From assembly GCA_963737265.1 (NCBI GenBank), contig CAVTRY010000022.1, forward strand, positions 96,001 through 160,000: a DNA stretch of 64,000 nucleotides. The letters are read 5' to 3'. Shown here one piece after another: positions 31,763 through 42,285 of this stretch (within the stretch, counting starts at the first letter, position 1; every line of letters begins with the position of its first letter). This DNA is from an uncultured delta proteobacterium (GTDB lineage: Bacteria; Myxococcota_A; Polyangia; Fen-1088). The notes under the pieces are model-generated. The model saw nothing but the letters and a program-made list of their open reading frames with translations. It was not told the DNA's origin and made no database searches. Made by a program: the position numbers and the translations under genes.

Positions 31763-32707
31763 TTACGGGTTTACGATGCTTTTTCCAACAAGCAATTGAA
31801 GAGGCGGCGTGAAAGCGCCGGGCAGGGGGCCGACTGCGACTACTTCAAGTCCTGCCTCGCCGAGCCAGGAGCGCAGCTTGTCGGGTTCGAAACCCAGCCA
31901 CACGTGCCCTTGCTCGCGCAGGCTTTCGTCCTTGTGGGGCACGTGATCTGCGACGACGAGATGCCCGCCCGGCCGCAGGAAACGCGCGGCGGTGGCGACC
32001 ACATCGCTCGGACGCGCGATAAATTGCAGGACGCGCACGAGGGTCACGAGATCCGCGCCACCGGCCTTGGCAATCTCCTGCGCCAGGTTGCTATCGTCCA
32101 TCTCCGCCTGGCGCAGGCGCACGTTGGACAATCCGCTTGACGCCACCCGCGCGGCGGCGCTGGCCAGTCGGGCCGCGCTGCGATCCACCGCAATCACGCG
32201 ATCATAGAGCGGTGACAGCAGCGGCAAAAGCAATCCATCGCCGCAGCCGACGTCGACGGCGAGATGGTGCCCAGGCAACAGCGTGGACAGAAGAGGCAGG
32301 AAAGGCTCGACCGAGACATTCGGGATGGGCGAGGGTTCGGCGGCGCCGTCGGCGAACCGCTGGCGCGCCGTCTCTTCCCGCTTGGCGACGATCTTGGGAA
32401 TGCGCGCCAGCCGCCCTTCGGCCAGGCACAAGTCATTTCCAGTGCGCAGCGCCGCTAGCACGATAGGATTGTCCTTGGCCTTTGTCCGCAAAAGAATGCG
32501 CGTGCCGTCCCTCCGCTCGCCGAGCAAGCCAGCATCCCGCAAGGGCTGGGTCTTGCGCGTGACCTGCGGCTGACTCTGCTTGAGCAGCGTGGACAGCTCG
32601 CCCACGGTCAGCTCCTCCGCGTCGCACATTGCGAGAAGGCGCAAGCGATCTTCATCGCCGAGGAGGCGGAAGAGGTCAGCGTGCGCGCGAGCGGAAGTGG
32701 CGGCCAC
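31763..32707 (-). CDS. ArsR HTH + SAM-methyltransferase fusion regulator (SahR-like)
   Basis: LGDEDRLRLL..ELTVGEL (ArsR HTH); VDVGCGDG (SAM motif); immediately upstream of ahcY. Confidence 0.85.
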   Translation of the reverse strand: MAATSARAHADLFRLLGDEDRLRLLAMCDAEELTVGELSTLLKQSQPQVTRKTQPLRDAGLLGERRDGTRILLRTKAKDNPIVLAALRTGNDLCLAEGRLARIPKIVAKREETARQRFADGAAEPSPIPNVSVEPFLPLLSTLLPGHHLAVDVGCGDGLLLPLLSPLYDRVIAVDRSAARLASAAARVASSGLSNVRLRQAEMDDSNLAQEIAKAGGADLVTLVRVLQFIARPSDVVATAARFLRPGGHLVVADHVPHKDESLREQGHVWLGFEPDKLRSWLGEAGLEVVAVGPLPGAFTPPLQLLVGKSIVNP

Positions 32708-33020
32708 GGATCTGTCATATGCTATCATGCGCAAGTATGCAAGTATGGCGGCGGGCGATGGATCCCTTGTTCGCTCAGTCGTGACACTTTCGCGCAGCCA
32801 ACCATGGCATGTGGGAATCTCCGCTTGTTCGAGGGCCAGTCGTGGTAGTGGTAGGGGACCATCTCGGAGCGAGGGCGCGATGAGCATCGAGCACGGATCC
32901 AAAGTGGCAGGAAGGTCTCTATCTGGGAGATTCCCGGCGATAGTCTTGCCGATCGGTGCCGCCAAGCTAGACTCGCCGCCCTTGAAGGTGTTCCTCAGGA
33001 CGGCTCGGGGCGACGACCGG

Positions 33021-33284
33021 ATGCCGATGCCGAGCCGAGCCACCGGAACGCCGGCCCTGGTCGCGACCCATCGCTATTGTTTCGGCGAGGTGTATCGCCA
33101 CCCCTGTTCCGAGGACAGCGACCTGCTCTCCTGCCACCGCTGCCATTTGTCCGCGGTGATTCCCAGAACGATTGCCACTTACGACAGTCTGGACGCGTAT
33201 TTTCGCGGGGCGCGCCAGCGAGTGGACGACTTCCGCGCGCAAGTCGGGTCGCTCGTGGCAAGCAAGACCGTTCACGAAGCGTGA
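33021..33284 (+). CDS. Small hypothetical Cys/His protein
   Basis: ORF fills an intergenic gap; HRYC...CHRCH; start uncertain. Confidence 0.35.
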   Translation: MPMPSRATGTPALVATHRYCFGEVYRHPCSEDSDLLSCHRCHLSAVIPRTIATYDSLDAYFRGARQRVDDFRAQVGSLVASKTVHEA

Positions 33285-33359
33285 CGGTCGGCCGCACAAG
33301 TTTGGGGTGCGTGCCTGTGGTGCCGGAAGGTTGAATCCGCGGCTTCACGGACGGCCCGT

Positions 33360-34283
33360 TCAGCGGCCGAGCTCTTCGTCGATCCAATCCTCTAGACCGG
33401 GAAGGTCGAGCTCGTCGGTGTACCTGCGGCCGTTGATGAAAACGGCGGGCGTTCTGTGGATCTCCAGGCTGCGTGCTTCGGTCTTGTCCCGTTGCACGTG
33501 TCCGCGGACCTCTTCCGACCCGACGTCGCCGTACCAGCGCGAGAAGTCGAGGCCCATCTCCTTGGCCAGGCCCTCCAGCAAGGCTGGCGTAAGGTGCTGC
33601 GAGTTTTCCCAAACCTTGTCGCTGAACTGCCAGAACTTCCCCTGATTTTGCGCCGCTGTCGCGGCAAGTGCGGCATTGAGGGAATTGTTCGAGCTGATGG
33701 GGAAGTGCTTGAAATACAGGGTGATGTCGTTCGAGTATTTGGCCAAAAGTGCCGGCAGCAGGGTCTGCGCCTCTTTGCAATGCGGGCACTCGTAGTCGGC
33801 GAACTCCACCAAGGTCACACGCCCGGACGGGCCGCCCTTGTGGGGTGCCTGCGACACGTCGATGTACGGGACGCGAGGCGCGCGAAAGCGCTGCTCTATC
33901 TTCCCGCCGATTTCGGAGTCCGAGAACCCCGAATCGGCCAGACGCGCGACGTAGCGGACGGCATAGAACGAAGCCCGGCAGGAACCGTCGTGCTGGACCG
34001 AGTAGAGCAGGCTGTGGCCCTTGCCACACGCCGAGGGTTCGCGGTTGACCACTTGGTCGAAGACCTTGCGTTTGAAATCATCCAGCTTGCCAAGGTCGAT
34101 GCCCGCGGAAGAAGAATCGCCCGTCGCCGAAGGTTTGCCGGCCTTGTCTGCGACCGCGGCCGGGGCGGAATTGGGCGATGTCGTCTGGGACTGCGCGGCT
34201 CTTTTCGAGCATGCGCCCGCGACAACGAGCACGCCGACGACCAGCACGTTGCGCAAAAGCCCGCGTGATTCTTGCTTCTTCAT
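33360..34283 (-). CDS. DsbA/thioredoxin-like lipoprotein
   Basis: Lipobox AGAC; EFADYECPHC, KHFP, TPAVFING. Confidence 0.9.
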   Translation of the reverse strand: MKKQESRGLLRNVLVVGVLVVAGACSKRAAQSQTTSPNSAPAAVADKAGKPSATGDSSSAGIDLGKLDDFKRKVFDQVVNREPSACGKGHSLLYSVQHDGSCRASFYAVRYVARLADSGFSDSEIGGKIEQRFRAPRVPYIDVSQAPHKGGPSGRVTLVEFADYECPHCKEAQTLLPALLAKYSNDITLYFKHFPISSNNSLNAALAATAAQNQGKFWQFSDKVWENSQHLTPALLEGLAKEMGLDFSRWYGDVGSEEVRGHVQRDKTEARSLEIHRTPAVFINGRRYTDELDLPGLEDWIDEELGR

Positions 34284-34318
34284 GTTCTTGGTCTTTCCGC
34301 GATGGGGTCGGAACGACT

Positions 34319-35236
34319 TTACACCCGCTCGATTGTCGTCGCGCGCTCGCAGCGCAGGCCGTCAGGCTTGGTGACCGCGCCGTGGATGCGGGCCACGGCG
34401 CCGCGCTCGAGCTCGTCGAGGGCTTGATTGTCGGGCGAACGGTCGCGGTCGAGGCGGGTGAGGAGCAAGCGGCCGGCGGGACCGCAGGCGAAAAAGCGCA
34501 GGCGGCCCTTGTCTTTCATGGCATCGCTCACGATGCGGAAGAGCGCGCGATCCGTGCTGGCGCTGCCGCCCTTGCGCAGAACGAGGTAGCTGAAGTCGAC
34601 GCGCGAACGGCCTTGCGCGATGGCGGCGGCGCTCATGTGGCAGAAGTCGCGCTCGCGCGCCAGCGCGGGGCAAGCGGCCTGCCAAAGACAGGGCGCGACC
34701 ACGAACAGGCCGGCGGCGAGCAAGCGGTCGCGCACGGCGAGCAGATCGCGCGAGGTGGCGCGTAGGGCGGGCTCGACGAGAATGCAGGTGCCGGTGGGAT
34801 CGAGGAGCTCGCGGGACCAGCCCAGCACCAAGCGCGCGCGGCCTTCCACGTCGAGCGTTCCAGCTAGCTCGTTGAGCAAATGGGCGGCGACGATCAGATC
34901 GAAGCGGCCTTCCACGCCGGCGGGTCGCGGCGAACGCGTGACATCCGCGCGCAGCACCCCCGGGCCGGCAACCTTGTCGACGGCGACCATCACGACGCCG
35001 CTCCAGCGGGCGCGAATCGCCTCGCCGACGGCGCCGGTGCCGGCACCGAGATCGAGCACGCGGTGCGGTTCAGGCAATCCGCTCTCGGCGAAGATGCTTG
35101 CCAGCGCCGCGACGGTGCGCGGTGCGATCTCGCGCTCGTAGTCGCGGCGAATCTCGGGCTCGGCCAGGTACGAGGCGCCGACCAGATCGCGCGCACCGAC
35201 AAGTCCGCGATGGATCCGGCTCGGCGGTCTCGGCAA
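34319..35236 (-). CDS. Rsm22-family SAM-dependent methyltransferase
   Basis: VLDLGAGTG, HLLNEL, LVEP, VVAPC..CP..DFCH, FSYLVL. Confidence 0.8.
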   Translation of the reverse strand: MPRPPSRIHRGLVGARDLVGASYLAEPEIRRDYEREIAPRTVAALASIFAESGLPEPHRVLDLGAGTGAVGEAIRARWSGVVMVAVDKVAGPGVLRADVTRSPRPAGVEGRFDLIVAAHLLNELAGTLDVEGRARLVLGWSRELLDPTGTCILVEPALRATSRDLLAVRDRLLAAGLFVVAPCLWQAACPALARERDFCHMSAAAIAQGRSRVDFSYLVLRKGGSASTDRALFRIVSDAMKDKGRLRFFACGPAGRLLLTRLDRDRSPDNQALDELERGAVARIHGAVTKPDGLRCERATTIERV

Positions 35237-35241
35237 GAGGG

Positions 35242-36279
35242 CTAGCCCATTTTCTTGAAGAAGATGCCCTTGATGTCGTTGAAGGTGACGACCACCAGCA
35301 CAAGCAGCAAGACCATGATGCCGACCATGTGGATCTTGGTCTCGATGGCTGGGCTGACGTCGCGGCGGCGCAGGGCGCTGATGCCCACGAAGAAGATTCT
35401 GCCACCGTCGAGGCCGGGCAGGGGCAGGAGGTTGAACACGCCGAGCGCGACCGAGATGAGAATGAGAATTTCGAGGAACTTGAGCACACCCTGCTTGGCG
35501 GCACCGGCCATTTCGCGGGCAATGCCGAGCGGCCCGGTGAGGCCGCCTTCAATTTTACGCGTGATGAGATCCCAGATGTTCTTGAGCAACACCGCCGAGA
35601 TCGCCACCGGCATGACGACCGCTTCCTTGACGGAGTCGAGGAAGGGACCGGGGGCGCGCGCCTGACCGAAGCGCACGCCGATCATATAGGCGGCGCTGGG
35701 CGAATCCTTGCGCGGCGCAACCGACAAGGTTATGGGCTTCCCCGCGCGCACGACTTGGAGCTCGATGGCCGAGCCACCCGAGGCGCGCACGACCTGGGTG
35801 ACGTCAACCGGCTTGGCCACCGGCTTGCCGCCCACGCCCGCGACGATGTCGCCAGGAAGAAGCCCGACCGCCTGAGCCGCGCTGCCCGGCACGACTTCGT
35901 CGACGGTGGTGGTGCCGGTGTACTGGCCGTAGGCGAGCAGCACGAAGAAGCCGATGAGCACGGCGGTCAGATAGTTGGCAGCGGGGCCGGCGACCAGCAC
36001 CAAGAAGCGCATCCAGCGTGGCCGATTGGGATAGACGTACGGATCGGCGTGGTCGAATTCCTCGTGCGGGTTCATGCCGGTCACTTGCACGAAGCCGCCG
36101 AGCGGGATAGGCGCGATCTGGTAAATCGTGTCGCCGCGCTTGAACGAGACGAGCGGGTTGCCGAAGCCGATGGAGAAGCGCTCGACGCGCATCCCGCACA
36201 GACGCGCGGCCAGGAAGTGACCCGCCTCGTGCAGCACGATGAGGAGCGCAAGGCCGACAATGGCGATCAGAATGGACAT
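35242..36279 (-). CDS. rseP: RIP metalloprotease (M50 + PDZ)
   Basis: HEAGH, FSIGFG, GPAAN, NLLPLPGLDGG. Confidence 0.92.
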   Translation of the reverse strand: MSILIAIVGLALLIVLHEAGHFLAARLCGMRVERFSIGFGNPLVSFKRGDTIYQIAPIPLGGFVQVTGMNPHEEFDHADPYVYPNRPRWMRFLVLVAGPAANYLTAVLIGFFVLLAYGQYTGTTTVDEVVPGSAAQAVGLLPGDIVAGVGGKPVAKPVDVTQVVRASGGSAIELQVVRAGKPITLSVAPRKDSPSAAYMIGVRFGQARAPGPFLDSVKEAVVMPVAISAVLLKNIWDLITRKIEGGLTGPLGIAREMAGAAKQGVLKFLEILILISVALGVFNLLPLPGLDGGRIFFVGISALRRRDVSPAIETKIHMVGIMVLLLVLVVVTFNDIKGIFFKKMG

Positions 36280-37439
36280 CGTGAGGCCAAATGTAGCAGG
36301 CTTCGCCCGCTATCACAGCCGCGGAATTCACAACCGGCGGTACGAGACGCCAGTCCGCGCGCGATGGCACCGGCCAAGGAGTTCGCGTCATCAGGGTTCA
36401 CCAGCGCAAGTCCCGGCGTACCTTCGAGCTCGCGCAAACCGCCGCTGGCGGATGCAACCACCGGTAGCCCGCAGGCCAGGGCTTCACGCACGACAAGCGG
36501 CATGCCTTCGCTGCGGCCACCCGGTAGTGTCCGGCAGGGATGCACGAAGAGATCGGCTGCGGTCATGAGATCGGCGAGCGCCTGCTGCGCGAGAAGTCCG
36601 GGCAGGTGCAGGCGAACCCCGCCGGCCATTGCCTGTCGGGCGAGGCGACCTTTTTCCGGGCCCTCTCCGGCAAGCACGAGGTCCGGCCGCGACGCGGGCG
36701 GGATGCGCGCGAGCGCAGCGAGCAAGACGTCGTATCCCTTGATCGGCACCAGGCGGCCGGCGCCGACCAGCGTCGGTCGCGAGAAGCCATGCGAGCTCCG
36801 CAAACGTTGCCGTTCGTCGTCCGCATGGCGGCGGAAGAGCGCGGTATCGAAGGGGGCTGCTTCGATGCGGCAGCGCGCTCCCAGCGACTCGGGCGACGCG
36901 CCGACAAGCGCAGCGAATTCATGGAGCAGCGACGCGCTGGCAAAGACCAACTCGGGGCGGCTGCGGCACAGGATGCGGCCAACGCTGTCGCCGCAGGGCA
37001 GGCCGGCGAGTAGAAAGACGTCACCGCCGTGAACGTGAGCGCGGTGAGGAAGTCGTGGCAGGGCAGCGCAAGCCAAAAGGCCACAAGGAACGAGCCAGTG
37101 GCTTTCCACCGCTTGCCAGCGCTCTTGCGCTCCGGCCAAAGCCGACCGCATGGCGAAGGTAAAGCCAAAGGCTTCGCCCCAAGCTTCGAGCCTACGCACG
37201 AGGCGCTGGTCTTCGAGCTTTTCCGGGGCGCCGCCCGTGTAGAACAGCTTCTCGGACCGAATGCGCAGCACCTTCTCGCGGTCCGGCCCCTCCCACGCGC
37301 CGGCCGCGTGACCGTCGCCGGCCGCCAGCACTTCCACCGCGTGTCCTTCGCGCAACAGCGTCCGCACGCGCTGGCGTACAAACACCCCCGCCGGATCGCC
37401 GGCGAAGCGCGGGTAGGAAGTGGTGAGGACCCCAATCAC
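36267..37439 (-). CDS. Glycosyltransferase family 4
   Basis: VLTTSYPR, GRLVPIKG, EGMPLVVREALACG; 3' part of the merged 1262-aa ORF. Confidence 0.88.
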   Translation of the reverse strand: MIGVLTTSYPRFAGDPAGVFVRQRVRTLLREGHAVEVLAAGDGHAAGAWEGPDREKVLRIRSEKLFYTGGAPEKLEDQRLVRRLEAWGEAFGFTFAMRSALAGAQERWQAVESHWLVPCGLLACAALPRLPHRAHVHGGDVFLLAGLPCGDSVGRILCRSRPELVFASASLLHEFAALVGASPESLGARCRIEAAPFDTALFRRHADDERQRLRSSHGFSRPTLVGAGRLVPIKGYDVLLAALARIPPASRPDLVLAGEGPEKGRLARQAMAGGVRLHLPGLLAQQALADLMTAADLFVHPCRTLPGGRSEGMPLVVREALACGLPVVASASGGLRELEGTPGLALVNPDDANSLAGAIARGLASRTAGCEFRGCDSGRSLLHLASRCPF

Positions 37440-38212
37440 GGCGGCGGCGATTCGGGAAACGCCATGGGGTCGCTCCTCAGGATGCGGCGCTGAAGCGAGC
37501 GCAAGCCACGCGCGCCGATTCCACGCAGCACGATCCGCAAGAGCGGGCCGACAACGCGCGGGATGCGAATTCCCGAATGCCACTCGGGCCCGTACACCGG
37601 CCGCACCGGCACGTCGACCACCGCAGCGCCATGAGCGCCCAGGCGCGACAGGATGTCGTTGGGATAGCCGTAGCGGGGAAAGACCGAACCCGACAGGATG
37701 ATGGAAAGCGCGCGGCGATTGGCGGCGGTGTATCCGCACTGCGAATCGAACACCTTGCCGTAGCCTGAGGCCAAGCGAGTCAGGTGCGACAGCACGACGT
37801 TGCCGATCAGGCGCGAGGCGGGCATCACGCGATACACGCCTGGCCAAGCGAAGCGGTTGCCCTTGCTGTAGTCGGCACGTCCCGCGACCACAGGTTCGAC
37901 GAGCGCGGAGAGATCCGCGGGATCCATCTGCGAATCGCCTGCCATCACCGCGGTCACCTCGGCGCCGGCCGCGAAGGCAACGGCGTACCCGGTGGCAATC
38001 GCGGCACCCACGCCACGATTTTGTTGGTGGCGGAGCACCGCCAAGCCACGACGTTGGCTGCGCCGGGCGATGCGGCCCGTGCCGTCCTGGCTGGCGTCGT
38101 CGACGACGATGACGTGATCGACGAAGCCTGGAACGGAACGCAAGGCGCGCGCGATCTTGCCGGCCTCGTTGAAGGCGGGAACCACGACCGCGATACGACG
38201 CCCCCTGTACAT
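37436..38212 (-). CDS. Glycosyltransferase family 2
   Basis: VVVPAFNE, VVDDASQD, DSQCGY, YGYPND. Confidence 0.92.
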   Translation of the reverse strand: MYRGRRIAVVVPAFNEAGKIARALRSVPGFVDHVIVVDDASQDGTGRIARRSQRRGLAVLRHQQNRGVGAAIATGYAVAFAAGAEVTAVMAGDSQMDPADLSALVEPVVAGRADYSKGNRFAWPGVYRVMPASRLIGNVVLSHLTRLASGYGKVFDSQCGYTAANRRALSIILSGSVFPRYGYPNDILSRLGAHGAAVVDVPVRPVYGPEWHSGIRIPRVVGPLLRIVLRGIGARGLRSLQRRILRSDPMAFPESPPP

Positions 38213-38230
38213 CGACCCGCAGTCCAGCGC

Positions 38231-39983
38231 CTAGAAGGGATCGGCCTTGGGTGCGCCGCTCGGCCCCTCGCCCGCGGAAGTCTCGAAAGGATCTCTGATC
38301 CTTGGATTTGCCGCGGCCCTTGCCGTGAGGCTTGGACGGCTTGGTCCTGTCGATCGAAGGCGCCTTGGCTGGGGCGGCAACCGCAGGCGCGGGCGCGGGC
38401 GCGACCGTCGGCGCGGGCGGCGGAGTTGGCGAGGTGGGTGGTGCAACGGGAATGTCTGGTAGCAAGGTCACGCTACCGGACCAGTCTGGCCTCACCTCTT
38501 TGGTCATCTCCGAATGTCCCGACAGGCGGAAAACCACAAAGGTCGAACGGTCGTCGCGGTATTCCACCTTGTGCCGGAACGGAGTCCGGCCGAGGTACTC
38601 GTTGCTGCCCACGATGTACACGTCGGCTCCCATGGGGCTCGACTGGAACGCGAGATCGACCAGCTGGATCTTGGGGATTGGATTCTGCACCGAGGTCGCG
38701 CCGGGACCGCGCAGGCTCCACAGCGCCCCCGCGGATGCGAAGGCGAACAAAAGAAAGACCGACATGACGACCCAACCCGGAATCGGTCCAAGAAATGGGC
38801 GCGCCAGGAAAGCGCTGAAGCCGGGCGCCGGCGCGACGATGTTGGAGCGGCTGGTCGGAAGGCGATGCGAACCCGTCGTGATCGGTGCGGGCGGAATCGT
38901 CGGCGAGCGCGTGCTGGCTGGACCCGGCCGCGTTGTCTGCGAACCCGTGCGCGAAATGGCGCTGCTGGAGCGCGATGGGCTCACCGAGCCGGTCGGCAGG
39001 TGCGTCAAACGGCGTCCACCGGTGGTGCGCGGATCCCCGGCGAGGTCGGCCGGAAACAGACCGCGCATGGTCTGCGCCAGGTGGGTGGGCTGATAGCGAG
39101 CAGCGTAGACGACGTCGTCGAGCGCGTCCGCCATTTCCGAAGCGGACTGAAACCGCTCGTCGGGATTCTTGGCCAGCGCCTGCAACACGATGGCATCGAG
39201 CTCGGGCGGACACAGCGGGTTGTGCAGGGAGGGCGGCAGCACTTCGCACTTGCGAACGCGCTCGATGGTCTGCATGTCGTTCTCGCCCTTGAATAAGCGG
39301 CGACCGGCGAGAATTTCGTGCAGGACGATACCGGTGGCGAAAATATCGATGCGCCGATCGATCTCATTCGACACTGTCTGTTCCGGTGCCATGTACGCGA
39401 ACTTCCCCTTGAGCGTGCCGCTCTTGGTGCCTTCCTCGGCGGTATCGCCGCCCAGCGCCTTGGCGATGCCGAAGTCGAGAATCTTCACCGCTCCGTCGTA
39501 CGACAGCATGACGTTCGACGGCGAGACGTCGCGGTGGATCATGCCGAGGGGTTGTCCGTCGTCCGAGGTGAAGTCGTGCGCGTAGGCCAGCGCCCGACAC
39601 ATTTCGCGGCCGACATACGCGACCATTTCGGGCCGCGGCGGTCCCACGCGGGCCCACAACGTGCGCATCGTCTCGGCGAGATCGTGGCCGCGCACGTACT
39701 CCATGGACATGAAGTACTCATCGTCCACCGCGCCCAGCTCGAAAACCTGGACGATATTGGGATGATTTAGCTTGGCCGCGATCTTCGCTTCATCGATGAA
39801 CATCTTCGTAAACGAAGGGTCATCCGACAGATGCGGCAAGATGCGCTTGACGACAAAGGTTCGCTCGAAGCCCGCCGGGCCTTGGATCCGCGCCTTGAAC
39901 ACATCGGCCATACCACCCCGCCCGATGCGTTCAAACAGCGTGTACTTGCCGAATGGTATCGGCTGCGGTAGCGCTACCCCCAC
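38231..39983 (-). CDS. Ser/Thr protein kinase with TM and PEGA-like domain; probable frameshift near 38300
   Basis: IGRGGMADVF, HRDVSPSN, DFG, GKFAYMAPEQ; a natural-looking end IRDPF...ADPF* lies in a shifted frame. Confidence 0.88.
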
Positions 39984-40146
39984 GACTTTACAGTAGATTG
40001 TATCCTGAAATGTCCCAGCTCCGCCCGTTCCTGGGCCACAATCTTCTGGGAACACTCCGATTTCTGTGATCTGCGGGTCAACCTACTCACGAGTCACGCA
40101 CCCGTGCAAGCATTCCCGCAGCCAATCTGAGCACAAAGGGTAGCAC

Positions 40147-40941
40147 TTGGACCTACATCATTCAACTGGCGAGCCTCCGCGTGTCAGCGTTGTGCTGGTG
40201 GGAGGACTCGACCCGGGCACCGGGGCCGGACTCGCTCGCGACCTCCTTACCGCCAGCAGCGCAGGTGCGCACGCCATCGTGATCGGAACCGCTTGGACCC
40301 TGCAAGACTCGACGTCGGTGCGCACCGTCGAGCCGCGCCAGCCAGAGAGCGTGCAAGCCTCACTCGCCGCCGCCCTGGCAAAAATCGGTGCGCAAGGATG
40401 CGCGGTCAAGATAGGAATGGTCGCCACGGCGCCGATTGCGCGAGCCATTCTGGCTGCCCTAGCGAACTTTACCGGGCCGGTGGTTTACGATCCGGTTGTG
40501 CGCGCGTCGAGCGGAGGTCTGCTCTATGACGGCGACCGTGAGGCGATTCTGGCGCTGGCGAACCTGTCAACCTTGGTCACGCCCAATCTTGGCGAGGCAG
40601 CGTGGCTGCTCGGGCGACCGGTGCGCACCGAGTCCGACGCTCGCGCCGCGGCCCGCGATTTGCGCACACTCGGAATGGTGGCGGTTCTGGTAAAGGGCGG
40701 TCACCTCGAAGGCGAAGCTACCGACGTGCTGCTTTCGCCCGCTGGCGAGCGGTTGCTGTCAAGCCCTCGCATCGCCGGACCGAGTCCGCGGGGAACCGGC
40801 TGCGCTCTAGCCACGGCCATCGCCGTCGAGCTGGCGAGGGGCGAGATGCTTGAACAGGCAGTCACTTCGGCCAAGGCTTGGCTCACCCGACATATCAAGA
40901 ACGCGCGTGTGGTCGGCGACGAACGCCATCTGTTTGGCTAG
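40147..40941 (+). CDS. thiD: Hydroxymethylpyrimidine/phosphomethylpyrimidine kinase
   Basis: GLDPGTGAG, VKIGM, DPV, TPNLGEA, VKGGH, RGTGC. Confidence 0.9.
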   Translation: MDLHHSTGEPPRVSVVLVGGLDPGTGAGLARDLLTASSAGAHAIVIGTAWTLQDSTSVRTVEPRQPESVQASLAAALAKIGAQGCAVKIGMVATAPIARAILAALANFTGPVVYDPVVRASSGGLLYDGDREAILALANLSTLVTPNLGEAAWLLGRPVRTESDARAAARDLRTLGMVAVLVKGGHLEGEATDVLLSPAGERLLSSPRIAGPSPRGTGCALATAIAVELARGEMLEQAVTSAKAWLTRHIKNARVVGDERHLFG

Positions 40942-41046
40942 CTCCGAGATTTATCGAGCTGATCGCAGCCCTCGACCCGAGGATCTGAAGCCTGGAGCCT
41001 GAAGCCTTGGGTCGCGGCGAGACCCGCGTTGTGACTCGGCCGCACT

Positions 41047-42261
41047 TCAGCCAGAGACTTGCTTTCCCGGCCACGTGCACAACTTTTCCGTCAGCGCACA
41101 CAGACTCGCCAGGCGTGTCCCGCCCCGGCCCGGGGCCCACGACGCCGGGGATGGAAGCTCCATGTGTCGCAAGCAATCTTCCACCGTGCCGGTGCGGCGG
41201 CGGAGCACGATGCCAGCGACGGGCCGCGCGTCGACGCGCGCGTTCTCAATCGGCAATCCGTCCGCGGCCAGCGTGGCGAGCGCGAAGAATCCCCAGGCCA
41301 CAAGAACGTCGGTTGGGCGAATAAAGGCGCGAAAACGCGACACGAAGGCATCCCAAGCGTCGCCAGCCGCGAGAGCCTCGGGAGCGAGCCGCGTGTGATA
41401 GCAAGTCGCTGGGGCTAGGCGCTGGCGTGGGGCCATGATGGATTCGAATACCTCGCCGGTGGACACGCGACGGGCAAGCCAGTGCACGGTTTCGGGCGGG
41501 CTGCGATCCGGATGCTGGCGCGGCCACGCGTTGGCTTCGCCGTGCACGCAGACGAGATCGCCCCAGCGTTGGCGCAACAGCACCGGGATTGGATCGCGCG
41601 GCTTGCGCTTGGCAAGCTGGCGCCGCGGCCGGCCGGCCGCGACCTCGGTGGCAAAGTAGCGCTGGCGTTCGACCATGGCGGCGAACGGACGCAAGAGATC
41701 GCCGAAGCGCGCCGGATCGCCTTCCAGGTGCCCGAGGACGTGAGCTATCGCCTCGATGGTCGCCACGCAGTGGTCGGCGGGTTCGCGCCTGACTTCGGCA
41801 TAGAGGCTCGGCTGGAGAGGCGTCAGGCGCAGTCGTGGCAGTGCCGCCAGGGCGGGATTGGCCTTGAGCAGCTTGTGCGCCTGCCACCAGGTGCCGTCGA
41901 GCACGACGAGGGTGATGGGAGCGGGAAAGCTCGCCGTTTCCACATCGACGGCAAGGGAGCCCGGAAAGAGAATGTGCGCGTTTCCCGCCGCCAGCAGGTT
42001 GCGCACGACCGGGTCGCCGCTGAAGTCGACATCGGTGCGCAGGACGGCACCGGGCAAGCACAGGCGTGCGATGCGCGCGGTCCCTATGCCCACGTCGCGT
42101 TCGCGCGGGTGCTGCAAGATTACGACGCGGGTTTTGGTTGCGATGGGCTCGATGCCGGCGCAATAGCAGACGGCAAGCGGACGTCGGCAGCGGTCGCACA
42201 GCGCGCGCGGCTCGATCGGCCTTGGCCGATCTTCGGTCGTCTCGACCGTTTCCCTGCTCAT
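41047..42261 (-). CDS. DTW-domain tRNA aminocarboxypropyltransferase with C-terminal extra domain
   Basis: CDRC..CYC, LQHPRE, LDGTW, ATIEA; about 180-aa C-terminal extension. Confidence 0.85.
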   Translation of the reverse strand: MSRETVETTEDRPRPIEPRALCDRCRRPLAVCYCAGIEPIATKTRVVILQHPRERDVGIGTARIARLCLPGAVLRTDVDFSGDPVVRNLLAAGNAHILFPGSLAVDVETASFPAPITLVVLDGTWWQAHKLLKANPALAALPRLRLTPLQPSLYAEVRREPADHCVATIEAIAHVLGHLEGDPARFGDLLRPFAAMVERQRYFATEVAAGRPRRQLAKRKPRDPIPVLLRQRWGDLVCVHGEANAWPRQHPDRSPPETVHWLARRVSTGEVFESIMAPRQRLAPATCYHTRLAPEALAAGDAWDAFVSRFRAFIRPTDVLVAWGFFALATLAADGLPIENARVDARPVAGIVLRRRTGTVEDCLRHMELPSPASWAPGRGGTRLASLCALTEKLCTWPGKQVSG

Positions 42262-42285
42262 CGAAACCGCCCCAGCGGCGGCAGC

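Noticed and set aside
33021-33284. CHRCH as a c-type heme motif
   Set aside because: No signal peptide, so heme attachment is unlikely; more likely a Zn-type motif or chance.
36267-40055. Apparent 1262-aa Ser/Thr kinase-glycosyltransferase fusion
   Set aside because: The middle is non-protein-like and overlaps a clear GT2 gene in another frame. It is better explained by a frameshift near 38300 that removes the kinase stop at 38231.
40984-41007. Short 7-mer repeats (CTGAAGC/CTGGAGC) between convergent genes
   Set aside because: Only three units and no partner repeat in the window; too little to call.
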